Source: Podarcis liolepis
Lineage: Eukaryota
Length of the DNA: 64,000 nt
Assembly: GCA_965112155.1 (NCBI GenBank)
Contig: OZ218100.1
Reading direction: 5' to 3' (one strand)
A program made the position numbers and the translations under genes. This document shows positions 1 through 11,341 of this stretch, one piece after another. The notes under the pieces were generated by a model. It did not search any database. It was not told the DNA's origin and saw nothing but the letters and a program-made list of their open reading frames with translations. Within the stretch, counting starts at the first letter, position 1. Every line of letters starts with the position of its first letter.

Positions 1-1360
1 AGGAGAAGGTGGCGGAGGAGGAGGAGGAAGAAGCGGACCCTTTACTATGGCCGTGTCCTGCTATACGCTCAACAGCCTAGTGGTCATGAAGAGCGGCGAG
101 GAAGACGAGGAGAAGGGCGGCTGCGGAGGCGGCAGGAGCAAGACACCGCCTGTGACGCGCAGGCAGGTGCTGCCTGCTCTGGTCCCGGGAACCGAGAGGC
201 ACAGCAGCTACTGCCCGCTGCCCGGGCGCTCCAGCGCTCCTGCTGCCGCCACTCCAGCTTTCCTGTTCCCGCCGGCGGAGCCGCTGCTGCTGCAGGCAGG
301 GGGCGAGGAGGAGACTGCGCCCCGCGGGCCCCGCCGCCGGCTTAGCAGCCCCAGCTGGGCGAGCCCCCCTGGCCGCTCGCCTTCGCCCGGCTTGGAAGAG
401 GCGCGCAGAACGGCGCGGCTCCTGCAGCGGCAGAACGTGCAAGTGACTCAGAAAGTGGGGCTCTTCGAGGCGCACATCCAGGCGCAGAGCTCCGCGGGCG
501 CCTTCCTCCTCAAGAGTCCCGGCGCGGGCAGGAGGAGGAGGTCGCCTTCGCCCAGCCCGGCTCGGGGCGCGCAAGTGCTTGGACGCGCACCGGAGGCGGG
601 GTCGAAGCAGCGGCAGGAGGAGGAGGAGGAGGCGACCGTCGAGGGGCCGGAGAGCCCCCTGGCCCGGCTAGAGAACAGGAGGAGGACGCCGGAGCAGGAG
701 GCGGAGAAGAGAGAGACGGGCTCTCCGGCTGCGCAAGGCGCGATGGAGACGGAGAACGGGCCCCTTCTTAGAGCACAGCGCCGGGAGGAGAAGGAGGTGA
801 TGGGCGGCGGGAGAACTGGAGCGCAGGAGTCCAAAGAGTTGGAGAGCAAGTCGCCTCCGGCGCGCGTCTCCGAGGGGAGGGAGAAAGGGGACCCCTCGCC
901 AAAGGCGCACACTCGGGGCGCGATGGACAGGGCGAATGGGGCTTCCAGGACGCAGGAGGAGAGGAGGCCGGGGTCTGGTGGGGGGCAGGACTTGGAGAAG
1001 AGAAGCGGCTCCTCTGAATGTCAGGACTCCAGAGACGTGGTGAGCGCGAGGAGATGTCAAGGGGTGACGGGCAGCGGGAGGCAGCTCCTGGAAGACGACG
1101 CGCGGCGTGCCCGGGGGCCGCCCAAGGTGAGCGGGTCCTCCAAGGCTCCAGATTTCTTAGAAGGCGCGCAGGGGAGGAGCGGCTTTCGTGGAGGGCAGGG
1201 CTCCGACGCGACGGAGAAGCCCCTTGGAGAGCCGCTCCCGGCAGGAGACCCGCCTTGTGTTGCCAAGACTGACGGCGAGGAGGGTAGCAGCAGCAGCAGC
1301 AGCAGCTTGCTAGTTGTGGAGTGCTCAGCGAAGAAGCTGCCGCCGGCACCCGAACCTTCC
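1..1360. promoter_or_regulatory. CpG-island-like GC/CpG-rich segment overlapping the first coding exon
   Basis: Very high GC and dense CpG by eye compared with the CpG-poor intron; boundaries approximate. Confidence 0.7.
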
Positions 1361-1738
1361 CCAGACATTATGGCTGAAGCTAACGGAGCTGGGCTGCAAG
1401 AGCAGCAGCATCCTGGGGGGCAGCAGCCTCTGCCTGGGACCTCGGCTGCCCTAGAGCAGCAGGAGCAGGGAAAGCCCCTGATGGAAGCTGAGAGTTGCTG
1501 CGGAGGAGGAAGCAGCATCCCTGCTGTCATAGTGACTGACCTGGGTGCTCAGGAGGAGGAAGAGGCAGGAGGAAACCCCCGAAAGAACATGCCTGTCAGG
1601 AAGTTGTCTTCCTCCTCAGCCTCTTCCACAGGCTTTTCCTCATCCTGGGAAGAGTCTGAGGAAGACATCTCCAGCGATCCCGAGAGATCCTTGGACCAGA
1701 GCCCAGCCTTCCTGCAAACCCTGGATAAACCAAGAGTG
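47..1738 (+). CDS. ITPKB: ITPKB first coding exon (564 codons; disordered N-terminal/targeting region)
   Basis: Starts [14 protein letters not shown]; contains [39 protein letters not shown] and [37 protein letters not shown], all recognisable from vertebrate ITPKB. Ends at phase-0 donor GTG|gtaagt (1738/1739). The ORF track extension to 1858 is intronic read-through. Confidence 0.96.
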
Positions 1739-3875
1739 GTAAGTTCTGAGCAAAGCAAGTGTCAGACAATAAGAGAGATTACCAGCAGGTTTCTCAATAG
1801 CTTGCCTCTGCAGGTGATGGGCGTCTCCTCTGCCCTTTATGGAAGGGAATCCTCTTAAAGAGGAATAAGTTGTTCACTCACTTTTCGATCTGTTTCTGTT
1901 CTGGTGCTTATGATCACTTTACTTTTACTTTTGCCTTCCCTTAATATTTCGTGTGTTTGGCTTATTCCATCAAGTTTCATTCTGCTAAGAGTGAAATGAG
2001 ATAACCCACATCTTCATGCTAAGAAGTCACACAACTGATGTTTCCATTAGGTGTGTTCATCATTATGTTGTGCGGGAAATCTGGAAAATGGAAACAGAGT
2101 TTGGTGGGGGAAAGGAACCAGAACAGGGTGGTAACACCTCATCTTGAGGGTACATCCAGAGGTGCCAGAGGGCAATGGGCACCAGGGCTTCTTGCGGTAT
2201 GACAGAGACCACCATGCACTCAGAGTGGTTTGATTTAAACAAAGGTGATTTAAATTGTTTGAATTGTTAAGGAAAAAGAACAAATTAAAATGATTGATTT
2301 AAATGCAGTTTCTTATTTTGAAATTCCTGTAAATTTGCACAGGCATGCTTACTAACTGGTTACTATAATAATTTAAATGTATTAGCTTTTAATTAAATAG
2401 AGCCTTTATGCATAGCTGAGTCAAGAGACACATTTCTCTCTGGCACTCTCTTTACAAATTCAAGAATATTAAACAACATCTCTTACTTGATGGCTAAGTA
2501 AGAGTATATTTATTTGGAATGAAGCCCCACTGAAGAAAGTGGAACTTCTGAAAAAATATTGCACAGAATTTCACTTTGAAGTATTGAGACCATAAGGGCT
2601 ATTAGCTATTGAGCAAAATAGTGTTTATTAATGTGATTGAGAGAAATGTCCATGGCATTTGGTTAGTAGGCTCATAAATATTCATAACATGAGAACTGAA
2701 CATATTGCAGAACTCAGGAAGTTGAAGGGTTTAATTAGGAGTACATGATCACCCATATGGGCTCTGTGGATGATCCTGGCAGTATACAAGATGGCATCTT
2801 TTGGATCCTAGTACCAGTGACGGCTTGCTAGACTCTGGGTCCAGGAGGAAATCAGCAATAATAAATTCAAGGCATGCTTCCCTTGTGTCATTTATAATGC
2901 TTAGCATTATAACTGAAATAGTTTCACCCAGTGTTATTTTGTACACAAACCTTTCATTAACTCTGTTTGATAGATGGCCATAATTAGGTTTTAAGATATT
3001 TTAAGATACTTTAACATGTTTGTTTATATAGGAGAGACAACTATAATTAATTACTTCTGAAATAAAAAAACTCCCTATTGTTTGAATTTTCAAAAATAGG
3101 ATTTTCATTTAAAAAGACACACGCACCTTCCATTTAAATCTCCCCAGCACACACAGGACACTTACTTCAGTATGATCAAATTAGTTTCATATGAATCCCA
3201 CAACAGTGACTGCAGTTGTTGACGGGAAACGGGGTGTTGGTGGGGATGCATTTTTTTGCACCCGTCCTGATGGTTTTCAGATTCTTGTGGGCCTCTGAGT
3301 CCAAGTGTCCAGCTGCCCATAATTGAATTCCATATGGATTTCCAACCTAAGATGAGGGCAGAAAGTCATCTCACAGTGGGGAAAATAGTTCAGGGCATTT
3401 GTTAGAGCTGAGAGAGCTTCAGCTGTTAACACTTGTCCCAGATGATTAGGAAAAAATCATTATTTGTCATCTTCTTAAAAAGCCAAACTTGCTAGCTTGC
3501 CAGACTCTTCTGTTTCATTGCTAAGACCCCTTCAGCTGTTATTAATCAGGAATGCTTCATGCTTTTATTCCCAAGTAAAAGACAAAGCAAGTACCATGCT
3601 CCCTCTGTCTGACTTAGCTGTTTGCACAGAAGTCATAGCCACTCATAACCTGAAAATTGTTTGACTATAAGAGAAGTTCCATACAGACTTCAAGAAGTAT
3701 CTGAAAGCGAGAAGATAATGTTTTTGACACATTTACCTAACCGAACTAATGTCTTCATCTTCAAATGTGTTCAAGGGCAACATCCACAAGCTTAGCAAAT
3801 ATATGGTAGTCTGTTGATTGTAAGGATTCTATTACAATATTTTAGCAAACCTATCATTTAACTATATTAAATCAT

Positions 3876-3947
3876 GTTGTTGTTGTTTAGTCGTGTCCGA
3901 CTCTTCGTGACCCCATGGACCAGAGCACGCCAGGCACTTCTGTCTTC
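3876..3947 (-). mobile_element. Bov-B (RTE) LINE extreme 3' end, 5'-truncated
   Basis: Reverse complement of ...ccatggggtcacgaagagtcggacacgactaaac(aac)n; 12-bp TSD atattaaatcat (3864-3875, 3948-3959). Confidence 0.88.
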
Positions 3948-4096
3948 ATATTAAATCATACTTGTGCCCATCTAGACATGCATAAGATGAGCAGGTTGTT
4001 CATAAATTATTATTATTGTTGTTGTTATTATTATTTAAACTTAGTAGTTGCTTGTCACCCAAACAGTCCCCAAGTGAATTACATTTTAAAAAAAAC

Positions 4097-4152
4097 GTTG
4101 TTGTTGTTTAGTCGTGTCCAACTCTTCGTGACCCCATGGACCAGAGCACGCC
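4097..4152 (-). mobile_element. Bov-B (RTE) LINE extreme 3' end, second copy
   Basis: Same 3' end and (GTT)n tail; short A-rich TSD aaaaaac. Confidence 0.85.
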
Positions 4153-4599
4153 AAAAAACACATAAATACATTATATCATAGAAAAGGTGGGAGAATCCTA
4201 TAACACATTCATATTCCATACAACATTTTGGAAAAAGGAAAAAACTAAAACCACTCACTTCCCATAACAGTGATGGAAAACATTGGCAACACCTTAACAA
4301 TAAACCAAAAAATACTCCCATCCACCAGCATAAAAAAATTAAAGCTCAACATGGACACCCCCCTCTGTAGTCTAAAAATCATTCATGTCAACATTGTGAT
4401 TTTTAAATCTACCCACTGTACCCAGAATTCTAGGGTCAAGGCCAGCTGCTATATGTCAGTGCAGAGTGGGTCCTCCAGGAATGGTCTTCATCAAGTTTCT
4501 TGATAATTGTCAATTGAGGCTCAGGTGGCCCCTGTGGCTAGGAGTGACTTTTATCAGCACTGACAGGTACGTTACCTGTGGCCATTCCTGAACAGGGAT

Positions 4600-5235
4600 A
4601 ACCTGACTACTGTAGTTCATGCATTGGTAACCTCAAGACTGGACTACTGCAGTGTGCTCCATATGGTGCTGCCCTTGGTAGCCTCTGCTGGTCCAGAAGC
4701 TTCAAGTAGTGCAGAATGCTGCGCCTAGTCTAGTGACAGGCATACATGATACCAATGTTAAAAGGCCCATACTACTTTCCCATCCACTACGGAGCCAGGT
4801 TCAAGATTCTACTACTAGTGTACAAAGCCCTGAATAACTTTTACACAGGATACCTTAAGGATTACGTCACCCTTCACACCCCAAGTCAATCGCTGAGATC
4901 CTTGGGGAGAGCAGTGTTAATGGTTTCCTATGGGTCAGAAGCATGAATCGTATAAATGAGCAATTTGGCCTTCAGTGTTGTGGAACTCCCTCCTACAAGA
5001 AGTTAGACAGGGACCGTCTCTGCTGAGTTTCATATACCTAGCCAAGATTTTTATTTCAAGAGGCCATTGCACCCTGAATGCTTCTTAGATGTTTTTCTTT
5101 GTTTTAAAAAAGATTTTAGATTTTTAACTTCCGGTAGTTTAAGTTATGCTTTAAATTTTTGTATCTTGTATATTTTATTGTTGTAAGCCACTTTGGGACC
5201 TAGATGGTGAAAAAGCAGGATATAGTTTCTTAAAT
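4600..5235 (+). mobile_element. Degenerate L2 LINE 3' portion
   Basis: catgcattggtaacctcaagactggactactgc (decayed HALVTSRLDYC), FKILLLVYKALN in the ORF track, and tgtaagccactttggga 3' UTR motif. Confidence 0.75.
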
Positions 5236-5914
5236 AAAATAGATATAAACTGTATCAGTGGAAAATAGCTTAGTGTTGGTGTGTTGCAAAGGAGCAAATG
5301 GCAATAATTGTTAGGCTTATGACCTCCTAGGTTAAAGACCAACAACTGTATTGTGGTGCAAGATTTCATGGGCTAAAGCCCACTTTGTTAGAGCAGACTT
5401 CAGTATGTGACAGCTCATAACAAAATATGTTTGTTAATTATTAAGGGGCCACAATACTTGTTTTTGTTGCAACTAATTTTACTGTAATTTACCTCTTAGC
5501 TTAGCTGCAGTTGTTGGGTAGTAAATTGCCTAATATGTGCTTATTGTAAAATATGAATACATGCTATGTGAGATTTCTCCAAATATTGAGGAAAGATTCC
5601 CCTGAACCCCCTTGATCTTGTCAAGTGTTGGGATAATTTCAGAAATGCATTGTGGCACAATAACTTTTGTGTGTGGGAATTTGTGGTTATAGCAGCATTA
5701 AGGTGTTCATCTCTCTTCCTTTTTTCATGCTTTAATTATTGGCCCAGCCACATTGTGCAAGACTGGCTGATTATCTGATATTTTTCTGATAAACAACAAA
5801 GACTAACTGCCAGTACTTGAACAACAGCAAGAAGAAGGCTATCTTTTTACCAGTGTCAGAAGGTAGGATTTCTCACCCTTATATTCTGGGCAAGGAAGAT
5901 TAGTCTAGTAGAAT

Positions 5915-6296
5915 GGTAAAGGTAAAGGACCCCTGACAGTTAAGTCCAGTCGCAGACACTCTGGGGTTGCGGTGCTCATCTCACTTTACAGGCTGAGGGA
6001 GCTGGTGTTTGTCCGCAGACAGTTTTTCCAGGTCATGTGGCCAGCGTGACTAAGCCACTTCTGGCGCAACGGAACACCGAAACCAGAGCAGCACATGGAA
6101 ACACCATTTGCCTTCCCGCCGGAGCGGTACCTGTTTATCTACTTGCACTTTTTGGCGTGCTTTCAAACTGCTAGGTTGGCAGGAGCTGGGACAGAGCAAC
6201 GGGAGCTCACCCTGTCACAGGGATTCGAACCCCCAACCTTCTGATTGGCAAGTCCAAGAGGCTCAGTGGTTTAGACCACAGAGCCACCCGTATCCT
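5915..6296 (-). mobile_element. Sauria SINE, full length
   Basis: tRNA-like head with B box (ggttcgaatccc on - strand), typical body, (ACCTTT)n tail; imperfect TSD attagtctagta/attagtcttgta. Confidence 0.92.
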
Positions 6297-8189
6297 TATT
6301 AGTCTTGTACCTTGACTATTTTGTCCTTAGAGTGGGACCCCCCCCCCTTATGGTGCATGGGATGGCAGAGAGATTGTTGGTAAGGAGACACGGGGCAGGG
6401 GCAAGTTAACACTAGGAAGTAAGCTGGTTTGCAGGGTTCCTTTGTTCAATAACAAGGTTTCACTAGATTAATCCAACTCATCTATCATCCTCTTCAGCTT
6501 CCTGATTAGTCAAAAGAGCAGCAGGACTCATTCATGAAATAAAGAATTCATGGGCATCTTGACCTTGCTCCTGCCCATTGAAAATGTATAAGGGAGTGAG
6601 TATCTGAATACAGGTAACTTGCAACTTAAGCATGTTTAATGTGTTATTTCAGTTGTACATGGTTCACGGCTAGCCAGTTGAAATCACAGAAATCGAATGT
6701 ATGGAAGGTGAAGAGCTTAAAAGTTCTCTTTGTTCAGGGTTTTCCTGGCCTGGAAAGAGCTTTTGATAAGCTCTCTGCCTTACTTGGGCTGCTGCTGGTA
6801 AGACCCATTCAATGTGCCAGCTCCGAAAGGTAGGACTGCTCATGTGGAGACAGTTTTGTGTCCTCCAGGGGGTGGTTTGAGTATACACATTTTTGCGTAT
6901 ATGCAGCACCCTGAGAGCATAACCCCCGCATATGAGGCAAGTTACCTGTATGTGGAAATGCAATCCTGTGGGCCTCTCCCATGACAGTCGGAATGCAAGT
7001 GTGGGCATATATTTATTGGCATATGCATGCACACACACACACTTTATGAGCTCTCTTAATGTTAGATTTTCTGTATACAATTGACAGCAAACGATGTTTC
7101 AGTAGTTCAAACCTGGCAGCCCAAATGCAGCCTATTAATTCCATGTAATTCTGCTACCTTGAATGACCAAACTGACCCCAACCTTACAATATATTCTGCC
7201 CCCTCCAGGGACCTTGTGCATTCCCAATAGTTCTGAAGTTGCAAACATGTCTTATTTGCGTTTGTGTTATTTCCAAAGGGAACATACATATATTTAATAC
7301 AGCACTTCTGTCCTGAAAGGGCCTTTATGTAACTTGAAACCTTACCATCACGGTCTGCTTGTAATCTAGTTAAGTATCTGCTTCAACTAACTTCGTGCAT
7401 CTTGATCCTGAAAGGTTGAAGACATGGCAGCATGAACAACATTCACAAAGCAGCAACCTATTTTTTATCAGTTTCCGGCTTGTGGCTCGGAAGTTTGTTG
7501 CCAGCCTTTTAACAACTCTTTTGTCAAAATGTGTTTATATTTTATTTTATTCTGTGAGATCTTTTAGTCTACTAAAACTTTGGAAATCACACTGCTCTCC
7601 ATTCTAACCCTGGAGGAAAATTTGTTTGTTATGCTACTTTGGGCTAGGCTACTACCTACACAGGAGAGGTGGTGATATGCATTAGGAAAATACCTTTCTG
7701 GGATGTACACTTAAGTGCTCAGTCAACAGAAGGCTCGCTCTGACCTTTTTCTGAGGCCGTACACTGCCTGATTAAGGAACCTTTCAGGAACATCCGGTTG
7801 TCTATACTAACTCCTGGATGTTCTCTGTGGGGAAGACCTTGTGTTGACATTTCAACACAGTATCACCTAAAGCTATTTTGTTTTCCACAGCACCAAGTGT
7901 CTTAGCTAGGCAAGTATCTCGGATAAAAGGCGATGTATGGTTGATCTCCCTTCCCCCAACTTTAGCTTGATATCCTCAAGCCCTGAAGAAGATGCCATTT
8001 TTGCTGCTGTACTGTGAGAGACAATACATGATTAAATCAGTCTAGTATTTCGTAGCCACCTCTGAAGTTGCTCAGCCCAACCCTACTCGTATACAAACTG
8101 GTATGCAGCTCCTACGTTACTGTCTGCATAAGAGTCCTGTAGCATCGACTGTAGTTATTCTCATTTTGTTGAAATGGAGAAGAAGGCAC

Positions 8190-8350
8190 AGAAGGCTGTC
8201 TTATGCTGAATCAGTCCATTGGCCCTTCAAGTTTAGCATTGTCTACACTGGCTGGCAGTGACTTTCCACAGGGTTTCAGACAGGGGATATTCCTGACCCC
8301 TCCTTGGAGATGCAAAGGATTTAACCTGGGGCTATTTGCATGAAAGGGAA
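8190..8350 (-). mobile_element. Old tRNA-derived SINE (related copies about 17240-17370, 30395-30580, 31595-31880)
   Basis: Recurrent motif gctgtcttat..ccattggtccatcta..cagtattgtctacac.gactggcag..ggattgaacct (B box on - strand). Family name not assigned. Confidence 0.65.
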
Positions 8351-9775
8351 ACCTGTTGAGCTCAAATGTTTGTGTTGCACACCGCTTTGTTTCAATAGGG
8401 AAGCAGTCTAGAGATCTAAAAGTGGGTGGAAGGATACACAAACGGCAATCCAGCATTGTGGAAAGTCACAGCGTCATCTCGTTGTGGAAACTTGAAATAC
8501 GCTCCAAAGCACATAAGCATAGGAAAGGGCATGTTGTAACAGTTATTCCAAAGGAAGAGGAGGCGAATCAGAGTGATGAGCTTGACATCTTTGACAGGCT
8601 TGGCTGCTTATACCGTCTGGCCAGAGTGTGGGGCTTTACTAAATCTGTGTTTTGCAAGTTGGAGAGGAATATATTCCGCTCCAAAAGGATGGAGGACAGA
8701 GTGATCCATGAATGTTATACATCAGTGGTGTTGCTTAGTGCAATTGTCTGGAGGAAGCCCTTGAGGCTGGCTACATGGTGTACCTGTCATGCATGAGTCA
8801 TCATAAATGTGTTCTAATATTATAATGTTGTATGCCCAGGCATGGAGAACCCTTTTAGAGCCAAAGGCCCCATTACTCCTCTGGAACACTGTCAGGGTTA
8901 CATTCCAGAACCACAAAGAATCAACAGAGAGAGACAGAATCGCACATGTTAACCCTTTACTCCACCCAGCCTTTCCACCCTGCTCAGCTGTCTCTGGAGC
9001 AGGCACTTCCAAATACCTCGAACTATCAATTGTACCACATTAGTTGCCAACACTGGAAGTTAATTCCTATTATGTGGTGCTTTATGAATATCTGTTCCAT
9101 CTTTTCTAGGTATTGTAGGAAAGCTCACTTCTATTTCATTGCTATAAGACCTGATCGGATTGTTATTGTTTCTTTAGATTTTTGCATTTCTGCTGCTTTT
9201 TGCCTTGTAGCATTGAATCCAGTTCTCATCCCCTTACTGCTTATATGTTTTAAGTTGTATAGAGGCTGCCACGTTATAGGCAGTGACACAGCAAGCATTA
9301 TATGGAGTAGGGCTCGGACAACAATGCAGATTTATGGTGATGAAGGTAATAGGTTTTTTATTTAGTTAGCATGTATTTTTTTTACCTTGCTCGTCAGCTG
9401 AAAAGCTTGCAAATCAATAAAAAGAAAACAAGATCATCCCTGGCCTTGGAGTTACGATTTAAAAGGCATGACACAAAAAGAACAAGGGGTTCAGAGGGAG
9501 GAAAAAGCAAACTGAGTCACTAGTTCTGAAGTTCTAAGGATGACTAATTTAGATGGAAACAGTTCAGGTAGTCTGATGGAACGACTATTGCTAGGTGATA
9601 GATGAGGGAGAAGAAGAACCAAAGGCAGCTGGTGACTCAGCAGAGCCGATGAAAAATCTCTGCTTCTCACCCCTCCCTCTTCTGCAGCCTGATGGAATGG
9701 CTGTTAGGGAGCAGGCATTACATATACAAGGTACTACGTTGTATTTGGTGTATTGTAAGCATTCCTGTGCACTAG

Positions 9776-10705
9776 AAGTTGGGGTTCACCCTATAAAGTC
9801 GATTGCCTGTAGGTTCAGGACAGAGAAGTACTTTTTCTGCATAGCACATGGTTAGACAAATGATGGAACTCCCTGGCACAAGATATGTTGATGAAGTGCA
9901 GCTTAGAGCAAGCAGTAGGCAAGGAGAATAGGCCTATCTATCTATCCATCCATAAAGGTAAAGGTACCCCTGCCCGTACGGGCCAGTCGTGTCCAACTCT
10001 AGGGTTGTGCGCTCATCTCACTTAAGAGGCTGGGAGCCAGCGCTGTCCGGAGACTCTTCCAGGTCACGTGGCCAGTGTGACGAAGCTGCTCTGGCGAGCC
10101 AGCACCAGCGCAGCACACGGAAACGCCGTTTACCTTCCCGCTATAAAGCGGTACCTATTTATCTACTTGCACTTAGGGGTGCTTTCGAACTGCTAGGTGG
10201 GCAGGAGCTGGGACCGAAAGACGGGAGCTCACCCCGCCGCAGGGATTCGAACCGCCGACCATACGATAGGCAAGTCCTAGGCACTGAGGTTTTACCCACA
10301 GCGCCACCCGTGTCCCAAGTTGGGGTTCACCCCATAAAGTTGATTGCCTGTAGGTTCAGGACAGAGAAGTACTTTTTCTACATAGCACATGGTTAGACAA
10401 ATGATGGAACTCCCTGGCACAAGATATGTTGATGTAGTGTAGCTTAGAGCAAGCAGTAGGCAAGGAGAATAGGCCTATCTATCTATCCATCCATAGCTGT
10501 TGCCTATTACAGCTAAGGGCGAAGTCTCTCATGTTCAGAGGCCGTGCATATCTGAGCACAGGGTATCCAGGACAAGCAGAGAATGACCATCCCTTTAATG
10601 CCCTGCTTACAACCCTGCAGAAGTATCTTCCTAGGCTATGTTGGAGACAGAATGCTGGACTATATCAGCCCTTGGTCTTACCCAGCAAGGCAGTTCTTGT
10701 GTTCC
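9776..10705 (+). mobile_element. Old CR1 LINE 3' fragment interrupted by a Sauria SINE
   Basis: ttcaggacagagaagtactttttc..atggaactccctggcacaagat..acagaatgctggact..cagcaaggcagttcttgtgttc; related fragments at about 33630-33965, 54425-54650 and 60495-60570. Confidence 0.7.
9955..10316 (-). mobile_element. Sauria SINE (variant subfamily), full length, flanked by 179-bp direct repeats
   Basis: Head gggacacgggtggcgctgtggg on - strand, B box, (ACCTTT)n tail; flanks 9776-9954 and 10317-10495 match with 5 substitutions. Confidence 0.93.
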
Positions 10706-10784
10706 CATCCCACGCAAAATGGAATTTGCAGAATGTAGTGTCCCTCTGAGAATATCAGCTTTCATTTTATTTGGGGGGGGGGGA

Positions 10785-11154
10785 GAGAGCAAAATTTTCA
10801 CTTCACACAGCTGCAGCATTTGATAAGGTATGAACACTGTCTGCTGAAGGCTTATGGCATGTCTAAAGCTATTAATATAGCCGAAAACAGTGCACAAGGA
10901 ATTCTTACAAAACAGTGAAAGAGGTAGTGTGCTTCAGGGAAAGTTTTCCGTTGAATGAGAACAATTATAGATATCATGGCCCTTCTATGAAAAACTTTCC
11001 CTGAGGCACACTGCCTCTTTCACTGTTTTTGCAAGTATTCCTTGTGCACTGTTTTCGGCTACATTAGTAGCTTTAGACATGCCATAAGCCTTCAGCAGAC
11101 AGTGTCCATACCTTATCAAATGCTACAGCTGTGTGAAGTGAAAAATTTGCTCTC
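10785..11154. repeat. Long inverted repeat: arms 10785-10947 and 10991-11154, 43-nt spacer
   Basis: Manual alignment gives 9 substitutions and 1 indel over about 163 bp; loosely extends to about 10760/11180. Mirror ORFs MCTVFGYI.. on both strands confirm it. Confidence 0.95.
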
Positions 11155-11200
11155 TTTTTTTCCCCCTTCCAAAAATGAAAACTTGTTTATTTTTGAAGAC

Positions 11201-11341
11201 CAGGACTTTTTCCCCCCGGCTGGCACTGGCTGGAACTCCGTTCCAGAACCTCTTAGGTGGGCACAATTGCCATTCTTAAGAGAACGAGGGAGGCGTTCAT
11301 GGTGAGTTCCTGCACCTCTTTTTTCCGGAAAAATAGCACTG
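11201..11341. mobile_element. Short non-autonomous DNA transposon (hAT-like MITE), degenerate
   Basis: Ends caggactttttt ... aaaaatagcactg resemble imperfect TIRs; no clear TSD. Confidence 0.5.

Noticed and set aside
77-1530. Several long antisense or alternative-frame ORFs over the first coding exon
   Set aside because: Expected by-product of very high GC content (few stop codons); low-complexity translations with no recognisable domain.
8356-8796. 146-aa ORF in the intron
   Set aside because: Non-ATG start, no recognisable homology or splice context; length compatible with chance in 60 kb.
9776-10495. LTR retrotransposon or TRIM interpretation of the 179-bp direct repeats
   Set aside because: The repeats lack TG..CA ends, PBS and PPT, are part of an old CR1 fragment, and enclose a complete Sauria SINE.
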